NCBI GenBank assembly: GCA_900767835.1
Contig: CAAGAO010000025.1
Coordinates: 15,977 to 79,976, forward strand
Direction of reading: 5' to 3'
Origin: Clostridia bacterium
GTDB lineage: Bacteria > Bacillota > Clostridia > Christensenellales > UBA1242
DNA: 64,000 nucleotides
The position numbers and the translations under genes were made by a program. This document shows, piece after piece, positions 53,138 to 62,120 of this stretch; position 1 is the stretch's first letter; every line of letters begins with the position of its first letter. The notes under the pieces were generated by a model. The model searched no databases. It had not been told where the DNA came from and was given only the letters and a program-made list of their open reading frames with translations.

Positions 53138-53711
53138 AAGAAGGTGCAGTATCCTAGTCATCAAAGTTATACTGGAAGGTGATTTATAAAGCATCGACGG
53201 GCATATCTGTGAAGTTCTTTGTGTTTGCTTTGGTTGCCCAAACTGGGGCAGATGCTGAGAGTTAAGATTTTTGGGCGGGTTATAATGGCATATAGTCTTT
53301 ACCCCATTAATCGTGGAGACCTATTTTGGTGAAAACAATTGTTTTTACTATTTAGGCGTGAACCTGCATATGACAAACATTGTGTGCAGTGTAGCCTGCC
53401 TTGAGTGAATGTTTGGGAATATAGCGATTAAAACATACTTAAATTTTAAGCGCTTAATATAAGTATTGTTGTGTTATTGAAACAGCATTTGCAAAATTGG
53501 CTAAGGTGTAATGATGGTGTTTGGGAAAACCTCTAGGCTGTTGATATAAAATATATGTCAGGCATATTAAGGATTATAGTGCGCTCTTAGTGGCGATTCG
53601 GTGAAAGGTTTGTAGTTAAAAGGAAACTGCTTTTTTGGTGACAAAAAGTCTTATAAATGGGAAATCCAACCGAACCTATGTCGCAAGGTTTACTTAGTAT
53701 ACCGCCTTCTT
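53138..53711 (+). ncRNA. ole: candidate OLE (ornate, large, extremophilic) RNA, about 575 nt
   Basis: No ORF. G+C is clearly above that of flanking spacers. Terminal helix AAGAAGGUG (53138-53146) / CGCCUUCUU (53703-53711). Many internal hairpins. Lies upstream of an OapA-like gene in the xseAB...argR-recN neighbourhood. Confidence 0.7.
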
Positions 53712-53799
53712 AATTTGCAATTTCAAAGTCATTTTTATAATGGCTTTTTAATATATATAGATTAGATTATTTTTGTAAGAAATTCAAAAGGGTTTATTG

Positions 53800-54399
53800 A
53801 TGGAAGAGGTACCGAAACGGAATAATAAAAAAATAAAAAAACAAAGTATAAATTTGTGGCCTTTAAAAATATTGATTTTAGCGGTGGCATTATCTTTGTG
53901 TTTTAGTCTTTTGTCTGAATATGTAATGGGGGCAACTGGGGTTTTTGTTGCAATTATAGTAATAATTGTGTTTGTTTCACTTGCTATAATTACTGATATG
54001 ATTGGTGTGGCTGTAACTGCTTGTTCAAAAGAGCCATTTATTGCTATGTGTTCTAAGAAGGTGAGGGGTGCTAAAGAAGGTTTGATGTTGATAAGAAATG
54101 CTGACAAGGTTGCATCTTTATGTAATGATGTTATTGGTGATGTTTGCGGGATATTGAGTGGTGCTGCTGGTGCAAGTATTGTTGCAAGAATAACTGTTGA
54201 TTTTCAAAATGCAAATTTGTCAATACTTGTTGCTTCTTTGATAACTGCTTTTATTGCTGGTGTTACTATATTTGGTAAGGCGTTGGGAAAACGCACTGCT
54301 ATTGATAATTGCAATTCGGTTGTGCTTAAAGTGGGGAAGTTCTTAAGTTTGTTTACGAAACAAAATAAAACTAAAAAGAGTAAAGATAAGAAAAACTAA
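53800..54399 (+). CDS. oapA: OLE-associated protein A-like small 4-TM membrane protein
   Basis: About 199 aa (roughly 21 kDa) with 4 predicted TM segments. DxxxD in NDVIGDVCGILSGAAG. Basic N- and C-termini. Immediately downstream of the candidate OLE RNA. Confidence 0.65.
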   Translation: MEEVPKRNNKKIKKQSINLWPLKILILAVALSLCFSLLSEYVMGATGVFVAIIVIIVFVSLAIITDMIGVAVTACSKEPFIAMCSKKVRGAKEGLMLIRNADKVASLCNDVIGDVCGILSGAAGASIVARITVDFQNANLSILVASLITAFIAGVTIFGKALGKRTAIDNCNSVVLKVGKFLSLFTKQNKTKKSKDKKN

Positions 54400-54731
54400 G
54401 AGAACTGGTGTGTAAATATTAAATACTGGATAAACCATAACTGCTTTTTGATTGGCTTTATATAAATGGTGTGGGGTAGAGTATAATTCTCTTCCTATTT
54501 TTTTAATGTTATGAAAAGTTGTTATACAAATAATGTTTGTAGTGTTTTGTGTTAATAATAAGTTTGAACCATGTTTTGTTGTTGGGTTATGGTTAATTTT
54601 TATTTGTCGTTAGTTTGTTTTGTTGTTGTTTTTGTAAACAGTTGTGTTTTTTTTGTAATGTATAATGCGTTAATAAATATTAATTATGTTTTTATAAAAA
54701 TACGGTTAAGTAAATTTTAATAAAAAATGCT

Positions 54732-54823
54732 TGCATAAATATACATAAAATGCTTGCATAATTATAAATTGTATTGTATAATAATCAAAAATGAATGAAT
54801 AAACATAAATTTATATTTATGCA
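54732..54823. promoter_or_regulatory. cluster of ARG-box-like operators around the argR promoter
   Basis: TGCATAAATATA (54732), TGCATAATTATA (54755), TGAATAAACATA (54796) and the exact inverted copy TATATTTATGCA (54812-54823). Compare the ARG box half TGAATAAAAATTCA. Confidence 0.5.
54754..54782 (+). promoter_or_regulatory. candidate sigmaA promoter for argR-recN
   Basis: TTGCAT (54754-54759), 17-nt spacer, TATAAT (54777-54782). Confidence 0.6.
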
Positions 54824-54881
54824 TAAAGTGCCTCAATGCTTTTAAAATAAAGGCATTGAGGGGAGTTATAAGGAGGCAAAT

Positions 54882-55334
54882 TTGGCACGCTCATTAAGAC
54901 AGTCTAAAATTTTAGAAATTATTTCAACAAAGGAAGTTGAAACCCAGGACGATTTAGTTGCTCAATTAAAAGCAGCCAATTTTGATATAACTCAAGCAAC
55001 TATTTCTAGGGACATTAAAGAATTAGGACTTATAAAAGTATTAGGAAGTGAAGGTCGTTACAAGTATGCTCTTGTTGAATCTGGCGAGCAAGGTGTAAGC
55101 AATAAGAATGTTAACTTATTTAAGATGTGTGTAATTTCTGTTAAAGCAATTCAAAATGTATGCATTATCAGAACAGTTAAGCAATTTGCTATGGGGGTAT
55201 GTTCATTAATTGATAAGTTGAATCTTATTGATGTGTTAGGCTCGTCTTGTGGTGATGATTCTGTAGCTGTTTATTTCCCAGATAGTATCAAAGCAAACAA
55301 TGCAATGAATACAATAGTTGAAATTTTAGGATAG
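54882..55334 (+). CDS. argR: arginine repressor ArgR/AhrC
   Basis: TTG start 5 nt after AAGGAGG. Winged-helix N-terminus (RQSKILEII....TQDDLV..L....ATISRDIKEL). GDDS in the C-terminal domain. Confidence 0.9.
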   Translation: MARSLRQSKILEIISTKEVETQDDLVAQLKAANFDITQATISRDIKELGLIKVLGSEGRYKYALVESGEQGVSNKNVNLFKMCVISVKAIQNVCIIRTVKQFAMGVCSLIDKLNLIDVLGSSCGDDSVAVYFPDSIKANNAMNTIVEILG

Positions 55335-55342
55335 ATATAAAA

Positions 55343-57028
55343 ATGTTACAAAGTTTAATAATTAAAAATTTTGCACTTATTGCAAATCAAACAATTGATT
55401 TTAAAGATGGTTTTAATGTTCTAGTTGGTGAAACTGGTGCGGGGAAAAGCCTTATTTTAGATGCTTTAGGTTTTGTTCTAGGTGACAAGGCAAATAAACT
55501 TAATATAAGAAATGGCGAAAATAAAATGTTCGTTCAGGCTGTTTTTAGTGATGTGTCAAAAGATGTCGCTTTGGCATTAAGTGAGTATGGGGTTGATGTT
55601 ACTGATGATAATTTAATTTTTTCTCGTACATACACAATCGATGGTAAAAACGATTGTAGGATAAATGGTGTTGTTGTTACAACGAATATTGTTAAGTCGA
55701 TTTCATCATTATTTGTTGATGTATATGCTCAGAATGAAAATGTTGAGTTGTTAAAAATTAAAAATCACTTAACAATTTTGGATAATTATTCTTCAGAAGA
55801 TACTTTGCCTTTAAAAAAAGATATCTCTACTTGTTTAACTAAATTAAATTATATTAAAGATTCTATGCAAAAAATAGGTGGGGATAGACAGAATAGGGAA
55901 CGCGAACTTGAACTTTTAAATTATCAAATAAAAGATATAGAAGATGCAAATCTTGTTGTTGGAGAAGATGATGAGATTAAGGAAAAGATAAATCTTTTAA
56001 ATAATTATGAAAAAATTTTTGATGCATTAAAAAATGCTAATATTGAATTGGATAATGTCGACTTGGGTTTATATAATGCAAAAACTGTATTAGAATCGGC
56101 AGTGATTTATGATTCTTCTTTACAAGAACTTTTGTCTAGAGTTGACTCTGCAAAAATAGAATTAAAAGATGTAAATGATTCTCTGTCTGATAAGTTGTCG
56201 TCTTTGGAGTTTGATGAGGGGGAACTTGAAAAACTTGATGCAAGGCTAGAAACTATAAAAAGATTAAAAAAGAAGTATGGTGCAACTATTGAGGATGTGT
56301 TGTCTTATTTAGATAAAATCAAAATAGATTATGATAATTTACTTTTTGGTGAAGAAAAATTACTGAAACTAAGTAAAGAGTATGAATCTATAAAAAATGA
56401 TTTATATATTAAATGTGAAGAACTTTCAAAAGTTAGGAAGTCGTGTGCTTTGAAGGTTGAAGAAAAAGTAATGCGAGAGTTAAAACTTTTAGGTTTTAAA
56501 AATGCACGATTCAAAATTAATTTTGCGAATTTTCCGAGTGTAGATAATGCTACATTTACAGCAAACGGTCTTGACAGTGTTGAATTTTTATTATCGGCTA
56601 ATGCTGGGCAAGATTTGAAAAGTTTATCAAAAACAATTTCAGGTGGTGAAATGAGTAGGTTTATGTTAGCATTGAAAAATGTTTTTGCTGACTCATTTAA
56701 TACATCTGTGTTGATTTTTGATGAAGTGGATACTGGTATCAGTGGCGAAATTGGACAAAGGGTTGCAGAGCGTTTGGCTATTCTTTCTAAAAAATATCAA
56801 TTAATTTGCATAACACATTTATGTCAAGTTACAGCGATGGCTGATAACTATATATATGTGAAAAAAGAAGTACTAAACGGTCAAACATTTACAGTTGTCT
56901 CTTATTTGTGTGGTGAAGATTTGATAAAATATATAGCAGTTGTTTCTGGTGCTGAGCCTACTGATGTTGTATTAAGGTTTGCGACAGAGTTGAAATGTAA
57001 AGCGGAAGAATTTAAGAAAACTGTTTAG
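55343..57028 (+). CDS. recN: DNA repair protein RecN
   Basis: SMC-like. Walker A GETGAGKS, long coiled coil, signature SGGEMSR, Walker B LIFDEVD. Confidence 0.95.
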   Translation: MLQSLIIKNFALIANQTIDFKDGFNVLVGETGAGKSLILDALGFVLGDKANKLNIRNGENKMFVQAVFSDVSKDVALALSEYGVDVTDDNLIFSRTYTIDGKNDCRINGVVVTTNIVKSISSLFVDVYAQNENVELLKIKNHLTILDNYSSEDTLPLKKDISTCLTKLNYIKDSMQKIGGDRQNRERELELLNYQIKDIEDANLVVGEDDEIKEKINLLNNYEKIFDALKNANIELDNVDLGLYNAKTVLESAVIYDSSLQELLSRVDSAKIELKDVNDSLSDKLSSLEFDEGELEKLDARLETIKRLKKKYGATIEDVLSYLDKIKIDYDNLLFGEEKLLKLSKEYESIKNDLYIKCEELSKVRKSCALKVEEKVMRELKLLGFKNARFKINFANFPSVDNATFTANGLDSVEFLLSANAGQDLKSLSKTISGGEMSRFMLALKNVFADSFNTSVLIFDEVDTGISGEIGQRVAERLAILSKKYQLICITHLCQVTAMADNYIYVKKEVLNGQTFTVVSYLCGEDLIKYIAVVSGAEPTDVVLRFATELKCKAEEFKKTV

Positions 57029-57048
57029 AATATTTTAATAAATATTGC

Positions 57049-57091
57049 AAAGACTAAAATTAATCTTATTGACTAATTTTGGTCTTTTTTT
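57049..57091 (+). terminator. intrinsic terminator after recN
   Basis: 14-bp stem AAAGACTAAAATTA / TAATTTTGGTCTTT (one G-U), then TTTT. Confidence 0.75.
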
Positions 57092-57100
57092 AGGTGGTTT

Positions 57101-58306
57101 ATGGTTAAAAAAATTTGTACGAAATTTATTGGTGTAATATTTGCTGTTGTGTTTGTTTTGTTGTGTGTTAACATAAATTTTGTTGCTATATTAGATTTAC
57201 CGAACAGTATACATATGACATTAAGTGATTTAAATGAGATTAATAAAGAGTCGACTTTTGGGGCATATGCATCAGCTCAGTTAAATGAAAATATTTTTAC
57301 TGTAGGTGGGGAAAGAAAGCATAATACTAGTTTGCTTGTTAAATTGTTTGGTTTTATTCCAATTAAAAAAGTTGATGTTGTAATTGAAGATTCTAGAGAA
57401 GTATTTTTGGGTGGTATTCCTTTAGGATTTTCTATTAATACAAAAGGGTTGATTGTTGTTGGTGATAATTGTAATTCAAATAACAAAACCAAGTCGCCGT
57501 TCCGTACTGGGGACATTATAACAAAAATTAATGGTGTGCCTGTAAGTACTCCAAAAGACATAGCAGAGATTTTGACAGATGCTAAAAATGAACCATTAAC
57601 GGTTGTGTTTAATAGAAATGATGAGGAAAAGGAAATGGTTATTTTTTCTCATTATGATGAAGGTGCTAATGATTATAAACTTGGATTATGGGTGCGTAAT
57701 GATGCTCAGGGTGTTGGAACATTGACCTTTGTTACAAAAGATGGTAAATTTGGTGCTCTTGGACATAATATATGTGATTATGAGACTGGTGTGGAGATTC
57801 CTGTTAAAGATGGTGGGATATATTTATGTAATTTAGTTGGTATAAATAAGGCACATAAGGGGCAAACTGGAGAATTAAGATGCCTGTTTTCTCAAACTAA
57901 AAAAGCATATGGTGATATATTAAAAAATTCTAAATGTGGTGTGTTTGGTGAAACTGATTCTATGTCAGAATTAATTGATGAGAATATTTATGCTCAAGTT
58001 GGGAATAGAATGTTAGTTAAATTGGGTAAGGCAAGCTTGATTAGCTCTGTGAGCGGTATTAGGGAAGAGTATGATATTGAAATAATAAAGGCAAAATTTC
58101 AACCAGAATCAAGTGATAAAAGTTTTGTTTTTAGGGTTATAGATAAAAGGTTGATTGGTCTTACTGGAGGTATAGTACAAGGAATGAGTGGTTCTCCAAT
58201 ATTGCAAAATGGTAAAATTATTGGTGCTGTAACTCATGTGTTTTTAAATGATGCAACAAAAGGATATGGTGTTTATATTGACTGGATGATGGAGAATATT
58301 GTGTAA
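57101..58306 (+). CDS. spoIVB: SpoIVB peptidase (S55)
   Basis: Signal-anchor, PDZ (GDIITKINGVPV), S55 catalytic region (GTLTFV...GALGH, QGMSGSPI). Conserved position after recN. Confidence 0.9.
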   Translation: MVKKICTKFIGVIFAVVFVLLCVNINFVAILDLPNSIHMTLSDLNEINKESTFGAYASAQLNENIFTVGGERKHNTSLLVKLFGFIPIKKVDVVIEDSREVFLGGIPLGFSINTKGLIVVGDNCNSNNKTKSPFRTGDIITKINGVPVSTPKDIAEILTDAKNEPLTVVFNRNDEEKEMVIFSHYDEGANDYKLGLWVRNDAQGVGTLTFVTKDGKFGALGHNICDYETGVEIPVKDGGIYLCNLVGINKAHKGQTGELRCLFSQTKKAYGDILKNSKCGVFGETDSMSELIDENIYAQVGNRMLVKLGKASLISSVSGIREEYDIEIIKAKFQPESSDKSFVFRVIDKRLIGLTGGIVQGMSGSPILQNGKIIGAVTHVFLNDATKGYGVYIDWMMENIV

Positions 58307-58343
58307 TGAAATAAATTGTTAAATTGTAACATATATTATTTGT

Positions 58344-58958
58344 ATGAAAAACTATAATAGTCAAGCAAAGTGGATTACCTTTAAGTATTCAGTTATTGAA
58401 TTTTTGCGTAAATACAAGTTTTGGTTTATATTTTTGGGAAGTTTAATTTTGATTGCAATGCTTACTGGTGTTTTTACTTCGATAAAATTATTTAATTTAG
58501 ATAATGATATAGATTTTACCGAATATAGTATAAAAACAATGATGGGTGGAGAGATTTACTCTTTTGGCTATTTTTTACTTAGGTTGGTGTCTTGTTTAAT
58601 AGTTGTTGGATTGTTGTTATTGTTTGCAATGAATAAGTTTATGTACTTTTTAGGTGTATCATTGCTTGTTTATAGGGCATATTTAATTACATTAAATTGT
58701 ACATTTATTATAATAAAGTGTGGCGTTGGTGGGATATTAAATGTGTTTTTAATTCTTTTACCATGTCAGTTGTTGTTTTTGTCTATACTGACGATTCTAT
58801 TTATATTATTTATTGGAGTGTTTAAACAAAAGAAAATTGGTGGTTGCGGAGAGTATAATAATCTAATTTTATGGTTGCTTATATTGTTGTTGGTTATTGA
58901 TATTGTTGAAATACTACTTTTGATAGTGTTTAAGTCAACAACTATATTAATTATTTGA
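58344..58958 (+). CDS. polytopic membrane protein, possibly SpoIIM-like
   Basis: 204 aa with about 5 TM segments. Loose resemblance to SpoIIM architecture (GGILNVFLILLPCQLLFL vs the MPQNILLIP region). No recognisable RBS. Confidence 0.4.
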   Translation: MKNYNSQAKWITFKYSVIEFLRKYKFWFIFLGSLILIAMLTGVFTSIKLFNLDNDIDFTEYSIKTMMGGEIYSFGYFLLRLVSCLIVVGLLLLFAMNKFMYFLGVSLLVYRAYLITLNCTFIIIKCGVGGILNVFLILLPCQLLFLSILTILFILFIGVFKQKKIGGCGEYNNLILWLLILLLVIDIVEILLLIVFKSTTILII

Positions 58959-59020
58959 CAAAATATATTAAATTTGTAATAATTTGAATATAATTTGATA
59001 ATTTTGTTGGAGGTAAAATT

Positions 59021-59797
59021 ATGGTTGATTATGCTGTAAAAGTTCTAAAAAATAAATATAATATTGATAATGTAGATTTGGCAATTGTTTGTGGTTCAGG
59101 TTTGGGTGATGCTTTACCTGATTTAAATAATGAGATTGTAGTTAGTTATGATGAACTTGGCTTGCCTAAATCAAAGGTTAAAGGTCATAGTGGTAATTTT
59201 GTGTTTGGGGAATATAATAAAATTAAGATAGTTTTGGTGTCTAGAATTCATTACTATGAAAGTGGTAAAGTTGAAAATGTAAGATTGCCATATGAAATAA
59301 TCTCAAAACTTGGTGTAAAAAGGGTGATATTATTAACATCATCTGGTGGTTTAAATAAAACGTATAATGTTGGTGACTTGATTTTAATTAAAGATCATAT
59401 AAACTTTGCTGGAGTAAATCCGTTAATTGGTGTTGAAGATATGAGATTTACAAATATGGGAGATTGTTATAACCTAGATTGGAGAAATGAAGCAAAAAAT
59501 GTGGCACTAAAAGAGGGGGTCGAATTAAAGGAAGGAGTGTTCGTACAGATGAGTGGTCCAAGTTATGAAACATTAGCTGAAGTTGAAATGTTGCGAATGA
59601 TTGGTGCTGATGTTGTTAGTATGAGTACTGCATTTGATTGTATTATAGCAAATTATTTAGGTATGAAAGTAATTGGTTTTTCAGTTGTTGTTAATGTGTT
59701 TTCTGGTGGAGATGATAACTTGAACCATCAAGAAGTGTTAGATAATGCGAAAAAATCGAGTATTAATTTAAAAAAGATACTGACAAATATTGTTTAA
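59021..59797 (+). CDS. punA: purine nucleoside phosphorylase (PNP-I, inosine/guanosine type)
   Basis: CGSGLG, GHSGNFVFG, RIHYYE and MSGPSYETLAEVEMLR..GADVVSMS motifs. Confidence 0.9.
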   Translation: MVDYAVKVLKNKYNIDNVDLAIVCGSGLGDALPDLNNEIVVSYDELGLPKSKVKGHSGNFVFGEYNKIKIVLVSRIHYYESGKVENVRLPYEIISKLGVKRVILLTSSGGLNKTYNVGDLILIKDHINFAGVNPLIGVEDMRFTNMGDCYNLDWRNEAKNVALKEGVELKEGVFVQMSGPSYETLAEVEMLRMIGADVVSMSTAFDCIIANYLGMKVIGFSVVVNVFSGGDDNLNHQEVLDNAKKSSINLKKILTNIV

Positions 59798-59822
59798 TAA
59801 GTATTGTATAATTATTTTAGGT

Positions 59823-59857
59823 AAAAAGATTGTTTGTTTTATAACAATCTTTTTTTT
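59823..59857 (+). terminator. intrinsic terminator after punA
   Basis: AAAAAGATTGTT-tgttttat-AACAATCTTTTT plus a T-run. Confidence 0.8.
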
Positions 59858-60044
59858 AAGTATGTAAGGATATATTGGAAAAAGTAAGGGTGTGAGGTTC
59901 TTTATTTATTATGAAAGGAATAAATAAAGAGTTTATTGTTTTTTGTAGTTTGGAATGGTAAATAAATAACATATTTCTAGTTTAAATAAAATAGTAAATA
60001 ATTTTTTTATAATTGTAAATACTAAAATTAATAAAGGAGTATTT

Positions 60045-61202
60045 ATGAAAATTAATAAGTTATATAGTGTAATATTTGCATTTATACTTACTATATGTTG
60101 TGGTATTATGCAAAATTATGGTTTTGTGTTTGCGGATGAAAAATTTGATTTAACTGCGAAATCAGCAATTTTAATGGATTATAATTCACAGACAATTATT
60201 TACGAAAAAGATAAAGATAAAAAATTACCTATTGCCAGTATGGTTAAATTGATGACAATTTATATTACTTTTCAAAATCTAGAAAGTGGTAAAATAACAT
60301 ACGAACAAGAATTCACATCTTCTGAGCATGCTTCAAGTATGGGTGGTTCTCAAGTGTTTATTGCCCCATATGTAAATTATTCAGTTAAAGATTTATTGCG
60401 TAGTGTTATTATGGCTTCAGCGAACGATGCAAGTGTTGTTTTGGCTGAGGGTATTTGTGGTACTGAAAGTGAATTTGTTAATTTAATGAATGATACTGCT
60501 AAAAATCTTGGAATGGAAAATACATTATATGTAAATTCTACTGGTTTGCCCGCTCCAGAACAGTATTCAACCGCGTATGATTGTGCGTTGTTGTTAAATA
60601 ATTTACTAAGATATGATGATTACCATAAGTTTAGTACTGTTTGGATGGATTCTTTTACTCATCCGTCTGGTCGTAAAACCGAACTAGTTAACACTAATAA
60701 ACTTATTCGATATTATGATGGTTGTGATAGTGGCAAAACTGGTTCAACTAGCGAAGCAGGTTATTGCTTAACTTCTTCGGCTAAAAGAAATAATATGCGT
60801 TTAATCTCTGTTGTAATTGGTGCTAAAACTGGTAAGGATAGATTTAAAGAATCAACAAGTTTATTAAATTTTGGTTTTGCCAACTATGAAAATAAGCAAC
60901 TTGTAAGTAAAGACAAAATTTTTAAAGAAATTGAAACAAAAAGATGTAAGGAGAAAGTTGCAAATGTTGTTCCTGTTGAAGATTTCTATGCTTTTGACAA
61001 AAAAGGAAATAAATCAAGTTATGATATTTCGGTCGAATTGCCAGAAATACTTAATTCAACAAAGGTTGGGGATATAATTGGTAAAATCATTATATCTAAA
61101 GAGGGAAATGTTATTAAAACGATTGGTTTAACCGTTCAAGAAGATATAAATTCGTTATCGTTTGTAGACAACTTTAAATATATAATTTCTAACATGTATT
61201 AA
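60045..61202 (+). CDS. D-alanyl-D-alanine carboxypeptidase (S11; DacB/DacF-like)
   Basis: Signal peptide. SxxK (ASMVKLMT), SxN (ASANDA), KTG (GKTGST). Confidence 0.9.
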   Translation: MKINKLYSVIFAFILTICCGIMQNYGFVFADEKFDLTAKSAILMDYNSQTIIYEKDKDKKLPIASMVKLMTIYITFQNLESGKITYEQEFTSSEHASSMGGSQVFIAPYVNYSVKDLLRSVIMASANDASVVLAEGICGTESEFVNLMNDTAKNLGMENTLYVNSTGLPAPEQYSTAYDCALLLNNLLRYDDYHKFSTVWMDSFTHPSGRKTELVNTNKLIRYYDGCDSGKTGSTSEAGYCLTSSAKRNNMRLISVVIGAKTGKDRFKESTSLLNFGFANYENKQLVSKDKIFKEIETKRCKEKVANVVPVEDFYAFDKKGNKSSYDISVELPEILNSTKVGDIIGKIIISKEGNVIKTIGLTVQEDINSLSFVDNFKYIISNMY

Positions 61203-61216
61203 TAATTAAAGTATCA

Positions 61217-61256
61217 CTAAGCAAATCAATAAATTTTTGATTTGCTTAGTTTTTTA
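61217..61256 (+). terminator. intrinsic terminator after the carboxypeptidase gene
   Basis: 14-bp stem ACTAAGCAAATCAA / TTGATTTGCTTAGT, 7-nt loop, TTTTT. Confidence 0.85.
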
Positions 61257-61421
61257 ATGCTCACAGATAAGACAAATGATGCGTATCTATATATACCCAA
61301 TAACGCTTATTAAATATTTCAATTAGTCGATTATTTTTATTATTGTCATTTTTATATATTGTATGTTTTATTTTTTTATTTTATGGTTGATTAAATTCAA
61401 AATGTTTGTTATAATGACTCT

Positions 61422-62120
61422 ATGTTTTATATTATTACTAGTTTAAGTCAAAATGGCTTGTCTTTTTCAAGAATACTTGCGTTTATTGTAGGGTATATTT
61501 TTGCCATTGTTATTGGTTTTAGTTTGCATGAGTACGCTCATGCATTATCTGCATATAAACTTGGAGATCCTACGCCAAAAGCAATGGGAAGATTAACAAT
61601 CAATCCGTTTAAACATATTGATGCCTATGGACTTATCGGCTTTTTAGTTGTAGGTTTTGGTTGGGCTAAACCTGTAGAGGTTAATCCTTTGAATTTTAAG
61701 AAATATCGTAGGGATATGTTTTTGGTTAGCATAGCAGGTGTTTTAACTAATCTTGTTTTGGCTTTTGTATTTAGTGGTTTATTTTATTTCTTTTATTACT
61801 TTGTTGCAAAAGTTGATTCTACTGGTGCGGTTTACTATTCAAATGATTTGTTGTATTTAATACATTACTTTTTGCAATATTCAATTGTTTTAAATGTTGC
61901 ATTGTTCTGTTTTAATCTTATACCAATTTATCCTTTAGACGGTTTTAATGCAATAAAATCTTTGTTTAGGTTGAATAATAAGTTTTTGAACTTTATGTAT
62001 CGTTGGGGAAATTTAATTTTAATTGTAATAATTATTACGCCATTTTTTGATTATTTTTATAATCTAGTTACTGGTTTTATTACAAACACATTCTTTAGTT
62101 TTTGGGGGCTGTTTGTATAA
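61422..62120 (+). CDS. site-2 protease family (M50) membrane metalloprotease
   Basis: HEYAHALSAYKLGD (HExxH) and NLIPIYPLDG motifs. Polytopic protein. Confidence 0.8.
   Translation: MFYIITSLSQNGLSFSRILAFIVGYIFAIVIGFSLHEYAHALSAYKLGDPTPKAMGRLTINPFKHIDAYGLIGFLVVGFGWAKPVEVNPLNFKKYRRDMFLVSIAGVLTNLVLAFVFSGLFYFFYYFVAKVDSTGAVYYSNDLLYLIHYFLQYSIVLNVALFCFNLIPIYPLDGFNAIKSLFRLNNKFLNFMYRWGNLILIVIIITPFFDYFYNLVTGFITNTFFSFWGLFV

Noticed and set aside
59900-59929. 11-bp hairpin CTTTATTTATT / AATAAATAAAG upstream of the carboxypeptidase gene
   Set aside because: The stem is almost pure A/T, lies about 45 nt after the real punA terminator, and has no related copies in the window. It cannot be distinguished from a chance palindrome.
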